Program-made: the position numbers and the translations under genes
The notes under the pieces: generated by a model
Told to the model about the DNA's origin: nothing
Databases searched by the model: none
Seen by the model: the letters and a program-made list of their open reading frames with translations, nothing else
Part shown: one piece after another, positions 1 through 9,111 of the stretch
How the letters are laid out: each line of letters opens with the position of its first letter
How positions within the stretch are numbered: position 1 is the first letter of the stretch
Assembly: GCA_049598495.1 (NCBI GenBank)
Contig: JBMYNR010000001.1
Location: 32,001 to 96,000 of the forward strand
Direction: 5' to 3'
Length of the DNA stretch: 64,000 nucleotides
Origin: Opitutales bacterium
Lineage (GTDB): Bacteria; Verrucomicrobiota; Verrucomicrobiia; Opitutales; Coraliomargaritaceae

Positions 1-1654
1 TCAATATATCCGCATAAAAAATCTGGCGTTGCTGGACGAGGTGAGGCTTGAATTCGAACCTGGGTTTTCAGCGGTGACGGGTGAGACCGGCGCGGGAAAA
101 AGTGTGCTTTTAGGCGCACTGGGGCTGCTTTCCGGCGCGCGGACGGACAAGACTTTAATTCGTCAGGGTGAGGAGAAGTTGGAGGTGGAGGCTGCCCTCT
201 ATTTTGGTGAAGGGATGGGGATCAATACGCTGTTAGAAACGGCGGGTCTACCTGAATGTGAAGATGGCGTTCTACTTTTGCAGCGCAGTATCGACCGTAA
301 GAAGATGCCGCGCATCCAGATCAACGGGAGCATGGCGACGCTTACCCAGCTACAGTTGCTTGGTGAGAGTTGGATTGACTTTCATGGTCCTGGAGAGCCG
401 CAGAAACTTTTCCAGGAAAAGTGTCAGTTGGAGATGTTGGATGGCTACGCCGGTAATGCGAAAGCACGATTGAAATACCATCATCTATACGATGAGTGGC
501 GAGCGACGCTGAGGGAGATCGAGGTGCTCGAGGGGAGTGAACGACTGGATGACGATGAGGTTGAGTTTATTTGCAAACAGATTCAGAAAATTGATGCGGT
601 CGAGGTCAGCGAGGAATCCATTGATGCACTCGAGCGCGACTTTACGCGCATGTCCAGTGCACAGGAGTTGGTCGGGTTGGCGTCGGCTTGTTCAGAGGGT
701 CTCAACGGCGAGGGGAGTGTTAACGATCTGCTGGGCAGTTTACTTGTTCGGATGGAAGAATTAGCGCAAATGGACGAAGGTTCAGCGCCCCTTTTAGAGC
801 GCCTTCGAAGCTTGCAGATTGAGCTTCAGGATCTCGGGGAGGATGTGGGGCGGCTCGCTTCCGATTTTCATTTCGATCCCGAGGCCATTGAGTCGGCAAG
901 CGAACGGATGAGTCTTTGGCAGGAACTGAGGCGTAAGCATGGAGGTTCGGTCGCCTCGGTTCTGGCTAAGCGGGATGAGCTGCAGCAAAAAATCGAGATT
1001 CAGGGTGACCTCGATGGTGTCATTGCTAAGAAACAAAATGCGGCGGACAAGATGGAGCGCTCTCTGCGAAAGGACGCGAGCGCTATCACGAAGGCGCGGG
1101 TAAAGGCATCCGAGACCCTTGGAGGTAAAGCGGCCACGCTTCTGCAGTCACTGGGGTTTAAGAAAGCCCGTTTGGAAATCGAGATCATCGCGGATGAGGC
1201 TCTCCATGAATCGGGTGATAGCCATTGCCGTTTTCTCTTCGCGCCGAATGCGGGGCAGGATTTGCTACCGCTTAACAAAATTGCCTCCAGCGGGGAGACC
1301 GCACGGGTTATGCTCGCCCTTAAAACAGTACTTGCTGAGTCCGATTCGACGCCGCTTCTGGTATTTGACGAAGTGGATGCCAATGTTGGAGGCGAAGTCG
1401 GCCGTTCGGTGGGGCTGGAATTGGCTCGGCTCGCGGCGGAGCATCAAGTGCTCTGTGTGACTCACTTGCCGCAGGTAGCTTCGCTCGCGCACAATCATTT
1501 TGTGGTCACCAAGTCGCAGGAAGATGCGTCGACTTCCGTCGAGATTACACCTCTGGGCGAAAGCCGTGAAGCCCGTCTTGAAGAACTCGCCCGCATGTTG
1601 GGCGACCGGAATTCAGCCTCGGCGCTCGCCCATGCTGAGCAGCTGCTTGCTTAA
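1..1654 (+). CDS. recN: DNA repair protein RecN (5' end cut by the window edge)
   Basis: Frame is open from position 2 (QYIRIKNLALLDEV...). Walker A TGETGAGKS, long coiled coil, signature ASSGETAR, Walker B LVFDEVD, CVTHLPQVA. Confidence 0.97.
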   Translation, partial: QYIRIKNLALLDEVRLEFEPGFSAVTGETGAGKSVLLGALGLLSGARTDKTLIRQGEEKLEVEAALYFGEGMGINTLLETAGLPECEDGVLLLQRSIDRKKMPRIQINGSMATLTQLQLLGESWIDFHGPGEPQKLFQEKCQLEMLDGYAGNAKARLKYHHLYDEWRATLREIEVLEGSERLDDDEVEFICKQIQKIDAVEVSEESIDALERDFTRMSSAQELVGLASACSEGLNGEGSVNDLLGSLLVRMEELAQMDEGSAPLLERLRSLQIELQDLGEDVGRLASDFHFDPEAIESASERMSLWQELRRKHGGSVASVLAKRDELQQKIEIQGDLDGVIAKKQNAADKMERSLRKDASAITKARVKASETLGGKAATLLQSLGFKKARLEIEIIADEALHESGDSHCRFLFAPNAGQDLLPLNKIASSGETARVMLALKTVLAESDSTPLLVFDEVDANVGGEVGRSVGLELARLAAEHQVLCVTHLPQVASLAHNHFVVTKSQEDASTSVEITPLGESREARLEELARMLGDRNSASALAHAEQLLA

Positions 1655-1656
1655 GA

Positions 1657-1719
1657 GTGGAGGGACCGCGTCTCGCGGTCCTCTGGCGTGTGTGCGGACC
1701 GACAGAGTCGGTCCGCACA
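1657..1719. repeat. Two palindromic hairpins between convergent recN and folA (REP-like, probable terminator)
   Basis: GGACCGCG-TCT-CGCGGTCC, followed by the perfect 12-bp stem GTGCGGACCGAC-AGA-GTCGGTCCGCAC. Confidence 0.6.
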
Positions 1720-1725
1720 TAATCC

Positions 1726-2187
1726 TCACTTCCGCACCCAATGTTCCACGGTGAAATCATCATCTTTTTGGATGATTGATTTCAGCTCGAAGTCGTCTTC
1801 GAACTCGGGGAAGAAAGCATCGCCTTCGACTTCGCGGTGGACACGACTAAGGTAGAGTTCCGAACACTTCGGTAGCATTTGCTCGTAGATTTCGCCGCCG
1901 CCTGCAATCCAGATCGTCTGATCGGTATCGAGATGGTCGAGCACGGAGAGATCGGTAAAGCTATGGACACCTCGGATCTCGCGGGCCTGTCGGCTGAGCA
2001 CGTAAGTATCGCGCCCGGGGAGGGGGCGACCGATGGACTCGTAGGTCTTTCGCCCCATCACGAGGATGCCGCCCATGGTGCTTGTTTTGAACCACTTGAA
2101 ATCCTCGGGCAGATGCCAGGGGATCTTGCCTCCATTGCCGATGACTCGGTTCTCGGACATGGCTGCGATGGCTTTAAAGGTGTTCAT
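1726..2187 (-). CDS. folA: Dihydrofolate reductase
   Basis: IAAMSENRVIG, IPWHLPEDFKWFK, VMGRKTYESIGRPLPGR, IAGGGEIY, EGDAFFP. Confidence 0.97.
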   Translation of the reverse strand: MNTFKAIAAMSENRVIGNGGKIPWHLPEDFKWFKTSTMGGILVMGRKTYESIGRPLPGRDTYVLSRQAREIRGVHSFTDLSVLDHLDTDQTIWIAGGGEIYEQMLPKCSELYLSRVHREVEGDAFFPEFEDDFELKSIIQKDDDFTVEHWVRK

Positions 2188-2299
2188 TTATGAGGAATGA
2201 TGGTGGAGGAATGATGGATAATGGGGGGGGCGGGGTGGTGTTGTGCCGATTCGCGCTCGTAATCGTGTTCTGCCCGAAGATTAAGAGAGTGCTTCGCGC

Positions 2300-3094
2300 T
2301 TAGACGGCGATTGGTGCCTTGATTGCAGGGTGGGGGTCGTAGTTGACCAGTTCGAAGTCCTCATATCTAAATCCGTCAATTGTCTTGATCTCCGGGTTGA
2401 TCTTCATCTGTGGGAGGGCGCGCGGCTTCCTCGAGAGTTGTAACTTGGCCTGCTCGATGTGATTGGAGTAGAGATGGAGGTCACCAAAGGTATGGACAAA
2501 CTCCTTCGGCTTGAGGTCGCAAACTTGTGCGACCATCATGGTTAGTAATGCGTAGGAGGCGATGTTGAAGGGCACGCCGAGGAAGATATCTGCACTGCGT
2601 TGGTAGAGTTGGCAGCTGAGCTCTCCGTTGGCTACGTAGAACTGGAACAGGGCGTGGCAGGGCGGTAGGGCCATGTGCTTGACCTCGCCTGGATTCCATG
2701 CGCAGACAATGTGGCGACGGCTATCCGGATTGTTCTTGAGTGCATGGATGACCTCGCCGAGTTGGTCGACCCGTTCGCCGTCGGGTGCGGCCCAGTCGCG
2801 CCATTGGGCCCCATAGACGCGCCCGAGGTTGCCGTCCTCGTCGGCCCACTCATCCCAGATGCTGACCTTGTTCTCTTTCAGGTAGCCAATGTTCGTATTG
2901 CCCTGAATGAACCAGAGCAGCTCGTGGATGATGGAGCGCAGATGCAGCTTCTTCGTCGTGAGCAAAGGGAAGTCGGGATCCAGCGAAAAGCGGGCCTGCG
3001 CACCAAAGATCGAGTAGGTGCCGGTGCCCGTTCGGTCATCGCGGTAAGTGCCTGTTTCAAGAACGGTTCGAAGTAGATCGTGGTAGCTTTTCAT
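2300..3094 (-). CDS. thyA: Thymidylate synthase
   Basis: [35 protein letters not shown]-terminal APIAV. Confidence 0.98.
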   Translation of the reverse strand: MKSYHDLLRTVLETGTYRDDRTGTGTYSIFGAQARFSLDPDFPLLTTKKLHLRSIIHELLWFIQGNTNIGYLKENKVSIWDEWADEDGNLGRVYGAQWRDWAAPDGERVDQLGEVIHALKNNPDSRRHIVCAWNPGEVKHMALPPCHALFQFYVANGELSCQLYQRSADIFLGVPFNIASYALLTMMVAQVCDLKPKEFVHTFGDLHLYSNHIEQAKLQLSRKPRALPQMKINPEIKTIDGFRYEDFELVNYDPHPAIKAPIAV

Positions 3095-3199
3095 TCGGTG
3101 CAGTTGAGCCTTGAGGAAATAGGGAGGCTGTCAATGCGTAGCGTGTGGGCAGATGGCGGAGAGTAGAGAGCAAGAGTGCATATTGTTGGGGGTCATCGT

Positions 3200-3272
3200 G
3201 TAGAACGCTGACGATAGTCAGTGTTTGGGAGCTTGGCGGCGGCTCACAACGGCTGTCGCCGCCGTGCTACAT
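3200..3272 (+). repeat. GTAG-type REP doublet (family A)
   Basis: GTAGAACGCTGAC-GATA-GTCAGTGTTT ... ACAACGGCTGTCGCCGCCGTGCTAC. The same arm pair occurs at 44334-44440, and the left arm is inverted at 27120 and 27241. Confidence 0.75.
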
Positions 3273-3278
3273 CAAAGC

Positions 3279-3336
3279 AGGGCTCGACCTCCTGACCCAG
3301 CGTAGCTCAACGAGCGAAGACGGTTGGTCGATGTCG
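3279..3336 (+). repeat. 58-bp composite repeat (REP hairpin with a 33-bp insert)
   Basis: AGGGCTCGACCTC[CTGACCCAGCGTAGCTCAACGAGCGAAGACGGT]TGGTCGATGTCG. Homologous copies at 46577 and 61369. Confidence 0.75.
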
Positions 3337-3364
3337 TGTACGTGGTGCGGCCACAGCAAGCTAA

Positions 3365-3605
3365 CCCGAATATTGCACCAGTTTGTTGCTGTCGTTCTTT
3401 ATCTTGTTACGGGATGGCTACTTGCGAGTTTTCTTCAAAAACTCGTCGTGTCACAAAAGTGACAGCAACAAACTTTGAGTCCAGAAGCGTCCCTGGCTGT
3501 GTTCCGAGCGCGTAACCCACTTAGTCACGCACTTTAGTGCGCTCCTGCGTGGAACGCGGCTCGCGCCTTGCCAAAGCCAATTCTGGATCTCATGCAATAA
3601 GCGGG
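3365..3605. mobile_element. 241-bp MITE, copy 1
   Basis: Imperfect 13-bp terminal inverted repeats CCCGAATATTGCA / TGCAATAAGCGGG. CTAA direct repeats at 3361-3364 and 3606-3609. Differs from 46307-46547 at only 2 positions by eye. Confidence 0.85.
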
Positions 3606-3647
3606 CTAAGGCCCTACGTTTTGGGAGGCGGTAGGCAGGAATCTGCC

Positions 3648-4013
3648 CTAACTTCGGATGACGAGATCGGTGATCTCCTTGCAGTGCTCCAGCCCTTGGA
3701 TTTTTTTGAGCACGCTTCGTTTCATAAACTGTAGCTCGGAGCGGAGTGTCTGGTTGGTCACGGAAACCACCAGTGTATGGTCGTCCTTGATGCGGACGGG
3801 ATTGCAGCGCCCAGCAAGGCTGGGGCCAAAGACATACTCCCAGTTCTCTACCAAGCTGCGCTCGGGGCTTGGTTTCTCTAACTTGTATTGCTCTTGCAGC
3901 ACCACCAGTAGGTTATCCAGAGGCGTCGGATCACGGCGGGAGGAGGCCGTCACTGCGCGCGGCAATCCGCGAAAATCCGCGATCACATCCTCTATATTTT
4001 TGGAAAATTTCAC
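3648..4013 (-). CDS. DUF721 / DciA-like protein
   Basis: WEYVFGPSLAGRCNPVRIKDDHTLVVSVTNQTLRSELQFMKRSVLKKI matches the DUF721/DciA pattern. GTG start at 4013 is preferred over the upstream ATG. Confidence 0.75.
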   Translation of the reverse strand: MKFSKNIEDVIADFRGLPRAVTASSRRDPTPLDNLLVVLQEQYKLEKPSPERSLVENWEYVFGPSLAGRCNPVRIKDDHTLVVSVTNQTLRSELQFMKRSVLKKIQGLEHCKEITDLVIRS

Positions 4014-4103
4014 TCGGGCGCTAAAAAATGCACAAATTACTAGATTTAATCCCACTTGGCACGGTAGCTGTTATAGGGATGTTAGTTCTTTCAATTTCTC
4101 CCT

Positions 4104-4144
<41 letters not shown>

Positions 4145-4317
4145 TGGCGCGAGGTTTAGGGGTATGCCTCGCGTCACTTTGCTCTGAAGAGGTTCTTGAT
4201 AAGCATGCCTTATTCTTACTATAAGTAAAATAAGTAATATTGGGATTTTGATTTTATCGCTTGCGGGAAGAGATCTTTTCTCTTCTATCCGAAGCATCAA
4301 CTTTACTTCCGAAAGGA

Positions 4318-4381
<64 letters not shown>

Positions 4382-4500
4382 ATTTTTGTAGGTTCTGTTG
4401 TTGGCATTTGTGGCATCAGTGCGCCTCCGAGACGAGAGCTCCATCCAGTCACCGTTTGGGAAAGCGGTATTATCTGTAATCGACTTGCGATGGGTTCCAA

Positions 4501-4764
4501 TCAGGCGGCGGCACCCGTCCGTCGACCTAACTGGCGACCTAACTGGCGACCTAACTGGCCCAAGTTCGCTCCCGCTCCGTCCGCTCCGTCTGCTCGGTTA
4601 CGCGCGCGGCAGTGGCGGATTGATCCTACCACCTCGAATTCATTCGGGTGTCCGGCCTCAATGTATTCTAGGGCACGACACAAAGCCTCGACAGTTTCGT
4701 CCAAAAGATCGATTTTTACCTCTAAAAGATGCTCGAGGAGATTGTGTGGTTGTATAACAGGCAC
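4501..4764 (-). CDS. Small hypothetical protein with repeat-derived C-terminus
   Basis: 87-aa ORF with a protein-like amphipathic N-half. The C-terminal ADG and QLGR repeats come from DNA tandem repeats. Confidence 0.4.
   Translation of the reverse strand: MPVIQPHNLLEHLLEVKIDLLDETVEALCRALEYIEAGHPNEFEVVGSIRHCRARNRADGADGAGANLGQLGRQLGRQLGRRTGAAA
4523..4558. repeat. 12-bp tandem repeat x3
   Basis: CGACCTAACTGG occurs three times exactly. Confidence 0.95.
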
Positions 4765-4785
4765 GCTAAGTAAATAGAATTATCT

Positions 4786-5454
4786 TTGGTGAAAAACATA
4801 CGCGCACAGTTTACGAATGTCGATGAGTCGACTTGGACCCTAATTGAGAAATGGTTCGTGCTACTGCGCGAGTGGAACGGTAAGATTAATCTAATTTCTC
4901 GCAAGGATATCGACTATCTCGAAGAGCGCCATCTTTCGCATTGTCTGGCCATTACCAATCATCTTAAATTAATGAATGGCGCACGTATTATGGATGTGGG
5001 TACTGGCGGCGGGTTCCCCGGGATTATTATGGCAATCTGTTATCCGCAGGCGCATTTCACCCTAATCGACTCGATTGGTAAGAAGATCGCAGTGGTTCAG
5101 GATCTTGCGGACAAACTGGGTTTGAAAAACGTGGATGCACGGCAGTGCCGAGCGGAGGAAGTAAAGAAGCAGTTCGACTTTATTACCGGGCGTGCCGTCA
5201 AGAATCTACCGGAGTATTTTAGCTGGATTAAGAATAACCTTCGCCGTGGGGAGCGCCACTCGATTCCGAACGGAGTGCTCTACTGGAAGGGCGGGAACTT
5301 GGATGATGAGCTCGAGGCCCTCGGGATTCGTCCCCGCAAGACGATCTCTCTGGAAGAGAGTTTCAGTGATCCGTATTTTGCGCAGAAGTATATCCTGCAC
5401 TTTGATGCGCGTGATGTGCCGCGTGCCCGCAAGCCGAGAGCTGGAGCATTGTGA
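4786..5454 (+). CDS. rsmG: 16S rRNA m7G527 methyltransferase RsmG (GidB)
   Basis: [34 protein letters not shown] motifs. Confidence 0.95.
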   Translation: MVKNIRAQFTNVDESTWTLIEKWFVLLREWNGKINLISRKDIDYLEERHLSHCLAITNHLKLMNGARIMDVGTGGGFPGIIMAICYPQAHFTLIDSIGKKIAVVQDLADKLGLKNVDARQCRAEEVKKQFDFITGRAVKNLPEYFSWIKNNLRRGERHSIPNGVLYWKGGNLDDELEALGIRPRKTISLEESFSDPYFAQKYILHFDARDVPRARKPRAGAL

Positions 5455-5469
5455 ATTTAACTTGAATAT

Positions 5470-5533
5470 GTAGCCGCCTCACTCTGTCCCGGCGTTTCAA
5501 GCTTCTGCACGGCAACGGAGTGCCGTGGCTTGT
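5470..5533. repeat. GTAG-type REP doublet
   Basis: GTAGCCGCCTCACTCTG... paired with the hairpin CACGGCAACGGAGTGCCGTGGC. Related arms at 28210, 39290 and 53506. Confidence 0.55.
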
Positions 5534-5598
5534 AGGTTATACGGCGATGTTAACCTTATTCAAAACGGTATTACTCCTTCAAAACGGAGGAAAGCGTG

Positions 5599-6990
5599 TT
5601 AATACTCGATCAGGTAGAGGTAACCTTGGGAGACCTGTTTCGCATGCTCGGCGGGCACCCACCGGATCGCATAGCTGGGTCCCCAGGAGTCGCTCACCGC
5701 AATTTCCCCGGTCGCCTTGTTGTAGCCGATGATCATGCATGCATGGGCGGACATCATGTCTTTGCGTAGTTCAATATCGCTGACTTCCTTTTTGGTGCGA
5801 GTTGCCCATTGATCCCAGTGGCTCGTTTTGGAGCGGTCTTTGGTTCGTGCGTTTACAAAGCTATTGTATTCTCGAGAGGAGAACATGGCCCAAATCAGAG
5901 GGAGTCCCCGATCAATATATTTTCGAATCGTGCGCATATCGATCTCGCCAGTTATCTTCTTCATAGAGCGATTCTGCGATGCGGCCTTACCCTTGATCGC
6001 CTCCATAATCTCTGAGATGGAGGTGCCGCCGCCTATGCCCGTCTGCCCAGCCATCGCGAGAAGATACATATCAGCGGGTATTTTAAGAAACCGAAGATAG
6101 CGTTCGAATGTAGCGGGCACGCAGTAGCCCTTTGGCCCCTGGTCGACCATGGGAATGTTGTCGATTAGGACATCGCCGTTTGGGAGTTTTTTGATATTCT
6201 CGAGCGTCAGTTTTCGAAGTGCTGCATCGGATAGTTTCTCTGTGCGTCCCTTGTTGTCGGCCATCGCGGTTGTGATGATCCTAAGGCTGACGTATTCACC
6301 GTCTTGAGCGGCGAGTATGAACGCGTGACCCTGCCAGTCCCAACGTTCGATCAGTTGTTTCATGCCGCGACCGGCCCCGAATTGCTGGCGCTCAGGTTGG
6401 CCGAGCTCGCGCGTAAGCACCTTTCGCAAGGTCTCAAGGTCATTCTCGATGGCTCGCTCCAGGTTTCTAATTTGTTCGGAGGTCGGAGGGTCGCTGAAGC
6501 GGATATCGCCCTTATTGGCGAAAACAATACTGAAGCTTTCGGTCCTGTTTTCGCTGCCATAGATGACTGCAGAATAAGGGCGCGCTCCGAGGATGCGCTC
6601 GTCTTTCTCGGGATACAGTCGGTAACTGGACTGGTTCGCTGTCTTGGATTCACGTGGCCAGCCCAGGCGCTTGGCTGCGGCCTTGGCTTCGTCATCCCAT
6701 AGATTGCTATCGGCAAAGAGTGGAATCCCGAATGCCTCGTTTAGTGATTGGTAGGCATTTGCTTGCTCCTGTATGCGGCTTGTAATCATAGCGTTGCTTG
6801 CATCGGAGAGCCTCGACCGTTCCAGCCAGATTGGCTGCCCGTTCTTCATCCGTATTTCGATACGCGAGTCTTCGATGGCGAGTATCTGAACCTGGATGAC
6901 GCGTCCTTCGTGGTCAGAGATTTCAACGCCTGCGAGTGCTTGAAGGATTAGCATGGGAACGAGGAGCAGGCGTCGTGAGCGAGTGGACAT
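5599..6990 (-). CDS. Exported protein with a C-terminal papain-like (C39-type) cysteine peptidase domain
   Basis: Signal peptide, then an SHD1-like N-domain (DHEGRVIQVQILAI...ERSRLS). Putative catalytic motifs VDQGPKGYCVP, HACMIIGY and SDSWG. Confidence 0.7.
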   Translation of the reverse strand: MSTRSRRLLLVPMLILQALAGVEISDHEGRVIQVQILAIEDSRIEIRMKNGQPIWLERSRLSDASNAMITSRIQEQANAYQSLNEAFGIPLFADSNLWDDEAKAAAKRLGWPRESKTANQSSYRLYPEKDERILGARPYSAVIYGSENRTESFSIVFANKGDIRFSDPPTSEQIRNLERAIENDLETLRKVLTRELGQPERQQFGAGRGMKQLIERWDWQGHAFILAAQDGEYVSLRIITTAMADNKGRTEKLSDAALRKLTLENIKKLPNGDVLIDNIPMVDQGPKGYCVPATFERYLRFLKIPADMYLLAMAGQTGIGGGTSISEIMEAIKGKAASQNRSMKKITGEIDMRTIRKYIDRGLPLIWAMFSSREYNSFVNARTKDRSKTSHWDQWATRTKKEVSDIELRKDMMSAHACMIIGYNKATGEIAVSDSWGPSYAIRWVPAEHAKQVSQGYLYLIEY

Positions 6991-7103
6991 GCCACTTAAG
7001 TTATCTTGCAGGGGGCGGTGGGCGAGTGTGATCTTGTATAAAATGCTTGCCCGCCACTCCGGCGGCCGATCAATTTGCGCATTCGCGAAACCACTTTCCC
7101 GGA

Positions 7104-8384
7104 ATGAGTCAGACGCCAGCTTCGCCCCGCACGCCTTGGTCTTGGGTGCCGACCGGATATTTCGCCGAAGGCCTGCCCTATGTCATGATTACTTGGGTGG
7201 CTGCGACCATGTTTAAGAACCTCGGCCACTCGGATACGGAGATCACTTTCTGGGTGGGTAATTTGACCGTGGTTTGGTCTCTGAAGCCCCTCTGGGCGGC
7301 GTTTTTGGATATGTTCAAAACGAAGAAGTGGGTCGTCCTGGCGATGGAGTTTTTTATTGCGACCCTGCTGGGCCTTGTCGCGTTCTCGCTGAGTCTGCCC
7401 GTCTACTTCCATGTCTCCATTGCGGTTCTTCTACTTATGGCGTTTTCCTCTGCCACGCAGGATATCTGTATGGACGGGATCTATATCACGACGCTGGACA
7501 AAACACGGCAGGCAAGATTCGTGGGTATTCAGGGTTTATTCTGGAATATAGGTCGCTTATTCTCCATGTCGGCGATCGTCTTTGTGGCCAGTTACTTCGG
7601 GGAAGGGGAACGTTCTTCCTGGACGATGGCCTGGTGCGTTGCTGCGGGTGTTATGACCGCGCTGGGGGGCTATCATTTATTCTTTCTGCCGAAGGGTTCG
7701 GTGGCCAAGCGGCCGGAGAGTTTCAAAGAAGTGCGGAGCACCTTTCTAGATGCATGGGCAGACTTCTTTCGGAAGCCGCAGATCTGGGGTATGCTGTCCT
7801 TCGTCTTTCTTTTTCGAAGCGGCGAGGGGCTTCTCCTGGGGGTGGGCCACCTCTTTCTGCAAGCTGATCCCGAAATGGGCGGCGTGGGCTTGAGCTTGGC
7901 TCAGAAGAGTGTGATCGACGGAATGGTCAGCGTCGTGGCGAGTCTTGCCGGTGGTATCCTTGGCGGGCTTTTCATTTCTAAATTTGGATTGAAGAAGACA
8001 CTCTTCACGATGGCAATCTGTCTCAACCTTCCGAACCTGACCTACGTCTATTTGGGGTTTGCTGTCGATGGTGCCGAGCCGCTTTCACTCATTACGGTGG
8101 GTAGCTTAGTCACAATTGAAAAGTTCTTTTACAGTTTTGGTTTCGTGGCGAATATGCTCTACATGATGCAGCAGATCAGCCCCGGAAAATACCATATGAC
8201 GCACTACGCCTTCTGCACCGCGATCATGAATCTCGTGCTCTGGCCGACGACCGCTGTGAGTGGTCTGTTGGCGGACATGTTTGGTTACCGGTTGTTCTTT
8301 ATAGTCGTCATGTTTGCCACAATCCCTTCCTTTCTAGCGGCATGGTATGCACCGTTCCCAAGAAATCAGGGTGACTCTATCTAG
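7104..8384 (+). CDS. AmpG-family MFS permease
   Basis: WVPTGYFAEGLPY, WSLKPLW, SATQDICMDG, multiple hydrophobic helices. ATG at 7104. Confidence 0.85.
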   Translation: MSQTPASPRTPWSWVPTGYFAEGLPYVMITWVAATMFKNLGHSDTEITFWVGNLTVVWSLKPLWAAFLDMFKTKKWVVLAMEFFIATLLGLVAFSLSLPVYFHVSIAVLLLMAFSSATQDICMDGIYITTLDKTRQARFVGIQGLFWNIGRLFSMSAIVFVASYFGEGERSSWTMAWCVAAGVMTALGGYHLFFLPKGSVAKRPESFKEVRSTFLDAWADFFRKPQIWGMLSFVFLFRSGEGLLLGVGHLFLQADPEMGGVGLSLAQKSVIDGMVSVVASLAGGILGGLFISKFGLKKTLFTMAICLNLPNLTYVYLGFAVDGAEPLSLITVGSLVTIEKFFYSFGFVANMLYMMQQISPGKYHMTHYAFCTAIMNLVLWPTTAVSGLLADMFGYRLFFIVVMFATIPSFLAAWYAPFPRNQGDSI

Positions 8385-8457
8385 CCGGTTGCGGTCTGCA
8401 TAACTGCCATATGTTTTGAATTGGTATTGAGGGGCTTGAGAATACTAAATAATTTGA

Positions 8458-9111
8458 ATGAAAATTGGGCTCACAGGGGGAATCGGTTGCGGTAAGTCGA
8501 CGGTTGTCGGGCTTTTTCGTGAAGCCGGATGGTCGACCATAGATTCGGATACGATCGTCCGGGAATTGCTGGCGACAGACGCCGATGTCCAGGCAGCCCT
8601 ACTGAACCGTTGGGGCACGGATGTTTTTGATGAGTCGGGATGTGTGAATCGTCAGGAGATTGCGAGTCGAGTGTTTTCCGAGGCATCCGAGTTGAAGTGG
8701 CTGGAGGGGCTCCTGCATCCGCTTGTTCGTGAACGATGGGAGCGTGTTGTGGCGAAGTCAGCCGAGGCCAACTGGTTGGTGGAGATCCCTTTGCTCTTCG
8801 AAAAAAGGCTTGAAACTACCTTCGATTTGACTGTCTGTGTTTCCTGTGCCCCTAATGTAGTCGAGTCCCGTATGTTGGCTCGAGGTTATTCAGGGGCCGA
8901 GATCGAGCAGCGCCGTGCGCAGCAGATGCCTCTCCGGCAGAAAGTTGAGCGCGCCGATCACCTTATCTCCAATTCCGGAAGCCTTGATTTTTTAAAACAA
9001 CAAACCGCGAGACTGATTGCGCAGATGACTGCTCAGTCATCCATTCTCCTTTCTGATTTGAACTCACCCAATGAGACGAAGAGCGTCGTCTCGAATATGA
9101 CAAAGCCATGA
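8458..9111 (+). CDS. coaE: Dephospho-CoA kinase
   Basis: [33 protein letters not shown]. Confidence 0.95.
   Translation: MKIGLTGGIGCGKSTVVGLFREAGWSTIDSDTIVRELLATDADVQAALLNRWGTDVFDESGCVNRQEIASRVFSEASELKWLEGLLHPLVRERWERVVAKSAEANWLVEIPLLFEKRLETTFDLTVCVSCAPNVVESRMLARGYSGAEIEQRRAQQMPLRQKVERADHLISNSGSLDFLKQQTARLIAQMTAQSSILLSDLNSPNETKSVVSNMTKP

Noticed and set aside
3145..3734. ORFs 3145-3462, 3324-3515 and 3537-3734, and their counterparts at 46393-46751
   Set aside because: They are chance frames across REPs and the MITE, and their ends differ between the two copies.
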